The translations under genes were made by a program, and so were the position numbers. Below, piece after piece: positions 60,058-64,000 of a stretch of DNA of 64,000 nt (positions are counted from its first letter, which is position 1; every line of letters starts with the position of its first letter). The DNA is from Eledone cirrhosa (Eukaryota), in contig OZ024757.1 in NCBI GenBank assembly GCA_964016885.1, forward strand, positions 34,100,001 to 34,164,000. The letters run 5' to 3'. The notes under the pieces are model-generated. The model saw only the letters and a list, made by a program, of their open reading frames with translations, had not been told where the DNA came from and did no database searches.

Positions 60058-61648
60058 TCAATGAAACAATTATGGCGGTGGATTGGCAGTATCGGTAGAG
60101 GGTCGGACGCCATGCCTTGTCGCATAGAGTTACGGCCCTTGCCATTCTGAGTTCAAATCCCGCCGAGGTTAACTTTACCAGAAATACACTGGGTAATTGC
60201 TGGCCTTGTGCCCAAAGTAGAAACAATTATTATCAATGAAACAAAAATCTCCAAGTTTCTTTCATTTTTTTTTTTTTGTTGTTGTTGCAGTGTAAAATAC
60301 ACTCCGACCAAAATCGATATTCCCAAATCTGTAAACCCTGACATTTCAACGACATTAAAAATGTCATGAACTTGTCGGCAGCATTTACTATTTTCTTCAA
60401 ATTTTTTTGTTGAGTTATTCACTCAATATTAGCAGAAGGTTGAAATTTTTATTTTATATTTTTTATTTATATCTAAGAGTTCCAAGCTATCAAGGTTTTG
60501 TTATTTAAAAAACACACACACATATATATATATAAGGAATTTGTAGTTTACTTGAAGCATTGTATATAGTATAAAGAATTTGAAGTTTGAAAGCCACGAC
60601 AGTATGCATTGTCGTGGCTTTCAAACTTCAAATTCTTTATATATATATCAAAGTAAGACACATATATCATAAAAATGTCTACTGTAGTAGATGTCTACTA
60701 TAGTATATATACATGCATAAACAAATTGAGAGAGAGACTAAGCATAAGAGGAATCAAATGCTGTGTGCAGGAGAGGAGGTTGTGTTGGTCTGGACATATG
60801 ATGCTTAAAAAGGTGCAGAGCACTAAAATTCGATGGAAGCTTTGGGGTGGAGAGACCCAAGAAGACCTGGGATGAGGTAATAAAAGCTAACATTGCCCAA
60901 TTGCACCTCTCAAAGACGATGACACTGGACCGAAACCTCTGGCGTTACGTAGTAATACAGAAGACCTGACTTCTCACGAGTACAAGCTGAAGCTGAAGCA
61001 TATAGACAGTATGCCCCCACCCCTCCCACTATAAAGTCGTCGTGTAGGCGCCACAGTAAAAAGCACCCAGTACTCACTCTAAATGAGGTTGGTGTTAGGA
61101 AGGGCATCCAGCTGTAGCGATCAAGCCAAAATCAGTTCTGTATGAGCAAGACATGGTCACCTGACCTGGCATTTCCCACAACAGGACAGTCCGTTTAACC
61201 CATGCTAGTGTGGAAGAATGGACATAAAAGGGTGATGATGATATATTACCTGTTATATTATAATCGTACTTGAAGATGAAACACAGTGTAAGAATTAAAT
61301 CTTGTTTGTGTAAATGTATTGCCTTCTCCTCCATATATTTTTGATTATATATATATATGTGAATGAAGTATTTCTGTCGGAAAGGTACAGGAAAAAAGAG
61401 CCCTGTATGTAGTCTACAGAGCTTATTAGTTATGTAATAAACAGCATAAAATAATTATTTCATTTACCAGTGGTTTCTTGAAGTTATGTTTGTCTTCAGT
61501 CGCCAAAAAGTGTGTATGTTTATGTTCTGGATATTTATTTATATTTTTTTTTTCCCTTAATTCCTTTTTGCCCATTTTTCAGCCTCACTTTCATATTTCC
61601 TAAATTTTGTTTTCAAATCTATATTTAATAAAAACACCATGTTATTTA

Positions 61649-61709
61649 TTCATTCTGATGACTGAAGACAGACATAACATCTGCCTTCAAGAAACCACTG
61701 GTAAATGAA
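61649..61709 (+). ncRNA. Type I hammerhead ribozyme motif
   Basis: ttcatt-CTGATGA-[stem II ctgaagacaga/tctgccttcaa]-GAAA-cca-c-tgg-TA-aatgaa. Complete core, 6-bp stem I, GUA cleavage triplet. Confidence 0.75.
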
Positions 61710-61931
61710 ATAATTATCTTATGTTGTTTATTACATAACTATATATATATATAATTTTTTTTTCATTTTAACAAATGCAAAAAAAAACCCAAAAAACCCT
61801 CTATAAATATGAGGGGAAAAAAAACAATTGAAAAATCCATAAAATTTCCTGAAAAACTGTCCAAAATGGCTGTTCATCTTTACAATGTTTGATAATGAAT
61901 GATTTAGACAAGATGTCAGCCATTTGAAGTT

Positions 61932-62061
61932 TTATTCCTTCCTCCGTACAAACATCTTGATATATTCTGATAGGATCGAGTTCAATTTAGTTCTATTGTA
62001 CACAGGTAATCTATAGATTACCTGTTGTTTACCTCCAGCAATATTCTTGTTGCTGCTGCTT
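61932..62061 (-). CDS. Candidate terminal exon of an unidentified gene entering from the right edge
   Basis: Pyrimidine-rich acceptor ctttgcttctttatag|, then 42 open codons (SSSNKNIAGGKQQVIYRLPVYNRTKLNSILSEYIKMFVRRKE*) in unique sequence. No family recognised. Confidence 0.35.
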
Positions 62062-62199
62062 CTATAAAGAAGCAAAGTTCAAACTATTTTATATTGATTC
62101 ATGTGAGGTACTTCACTATAATCTCCATATTGATACCTTCTTATTGATCTCTCAAATAAATTACTTTATCTTGGATCAGGCTGCCCCACCACCTTCCCC

Positions 62200-63530
62200 C
62201 ATACACTCACACTCACTTTCTCTCTCATCTCTTCTCTCTCCCATTTTTTCTCACACACACACTCTCTTTTTCACACACACTCTCTCTCTCTCACACATAC
62301 ACTCTCTCACTCTCTCTCTTTCACATACACTCTCTCTCTCACACACACTCTCTCTCCCTCCCCACTGTCTTTCTCTCACTCACACATACACTTGCAAACA
62401 TACAGCCCCCCCTTCTCTCACACACATACACACATTGTTTCCCTCTCACCTCCTCTCTCCTATTTGTTTCTCACATACACACTCTCTCTTCCTCTTCTCT
62501 CTCTTTTTCTCTCAGTCACACACTCACAAATATACAGCCCCTTTCCCTCCCTCTCTCTCTCTCACACACACTCTCTCTCATTCACCCTCTCACACATACA
62601 CATACATACACACACACTTGCTCTCACACATACCCTCTCTCTGTCACATGCATACACACTATCTCTCTCACACACATACACACACACTCTCTCTCTCACA
62701 CATACATACACACACACACTTGCTCTCATACATACCCTCTCTCTGTCACATGCATACACACTATCTCTCTCACACACATCACATACACACACACTCTCTC
62801 TCTCTCACACATACATACACACACACTTGCTCTCACACATACCCTCTCTCTGTCACATGCATACACACTATCTCTCTCACACACATCACATACACACACA
62901 CTCTCTCTCTCTCACACATACATACACACACACTTGCTCTCACACATACCCTCTCTCTGTCACATGCATACACACTATCTCTCTCACACACATACACATA
63001 CACACACACTCTCTCTCTCACACATACATACACACACACTTGCTCTCACACACCCTCTCTCTGTCACATGCATACACACTATCTCTCTCACACACATACA
63101 CATACACTCTCTCTCTCACACATACATACACACACACTTGCTCTCACACATACCCTCTCTCTGTCACATGCATACACACTAACTCTCTCACACACATACA
63201 CACACACTCTCTCTCTCACACATACATACACACACACTTGCTCTTACACATACCCTCTCTCACATGCATACACAGTAACTCTCTCACACACATACACACA
63301 CACACTCTCTCTCACATACACATACACTTGCTCTCACACATACCCTCTCTCTCTCACATGCATACACACTATCTCTTACATACACTCTCTCTCACACACA
63401 TACATACACATACACAAACTCTCTCTCTCTCACACACACATACACATACACACACACTCTCACATACACGCATGCACTCTCTCTTACATGCATACAGTCA
63501 CCCCCTCTCTCTCTCACTCACTTTCTCCTC
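62200..63530. repeat. CA/CT compound minisatellite (higher-order unit of about 100-120 bp)
   Basis: Recurring ttgctctcacacataccctctctctgtcacatgcatacacactatctctctc. Confidence 0.92.
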
Positions 63531-64000
63531 CATTCAGTATTTCAGAAATACAACACATTGTGGTTCTTACTGTCATAAATTGCTGGCCTTGTGCCTAAAT
63601 TAGAAGCCATTATTATTGTTTGTTTGTTTTTCTTATGTCATTCATTTTTCTGTGTCTGATGTCATGGAAAGAGTGTCATTGAAATCTTAATGGACAAACA
63701 ATGTTACAATAGTTAGTGACAAACCACTTAAGAGATCTGTAAAAGCTTCACATGATATTTATTTGCTAACTCATTCTTAATTTTATATATAAGGGTGAAC
63801 CTATCGTAACTCCACGTTTCACTCCCTAGATATAGGGTGATGTGTTGTTTCCTTGAGCAAGACACTTTATTTCACATTGCTCCATTTACTCAGCTGTAGA
63901 AATGAGATGATAGGGACTGGGGTCCCTATTATTCCACTGCAAAGTGGTCGTGTAGGCGCCATGGAAAAAAAAGCACCCAGCACTCACTGTAAATGAGGTT

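Noticed and set aside
62144-63603. 484-aa and 403-aa His/Thr-rich ORFs
   Set aside because: CA/CT compound repeat lacking stops; no domain content.

Overview
AT-rich, intron- and repeat-dense animal genomic DNA. The SINE/LINE/MITE inventory and microsatellite load suggest an octopus or related coleoid cephalopod; this is an inference. Three spliced housekeeping genes were reconstructed by hand, with GT-AG boundaries and consistent codon phases. (1) CASD1, a sialate O-acetyltransferase, on the minus strand: 18 exons from 41135 down to 504 (667 codons), with the 3' end running off the left edge. (2) MRPL23 on the plus strand: 5 coding exons, 42972-48433, 159 aa, head-to-head with CASD1. (3) NUP37 on the minus strand: 7 coding exons, 57308-50318, 326 aa, tail-to-tail with MRPL23. 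A possible terminal exon of a fourth, unidentified minus-strand gene lies at 61932-62061. Almost all other ORFs in the track are artefacts of microsatellites, minisatellites or decayed retroelements (RTE, CR1, Tx1/L1, R4/Dong, CRE-like). tRNA-derived SINEs, piggyBac-, hAT- and Tc1-type MITEs and a Helitron are also present. The most interesting unexplained signals are: a near-canonical type I hammerhead ribozyme at 61649-61709 plus several related motifs in (TA)n-associated inverted repeats; a two-copy three-way-junction RNA motif with a compensatory base change; long intronic fold-backs next to exons, which are candidate ADAR substrates; and a pair of frame-restoring candidate microexons in CASD1 intron 14.
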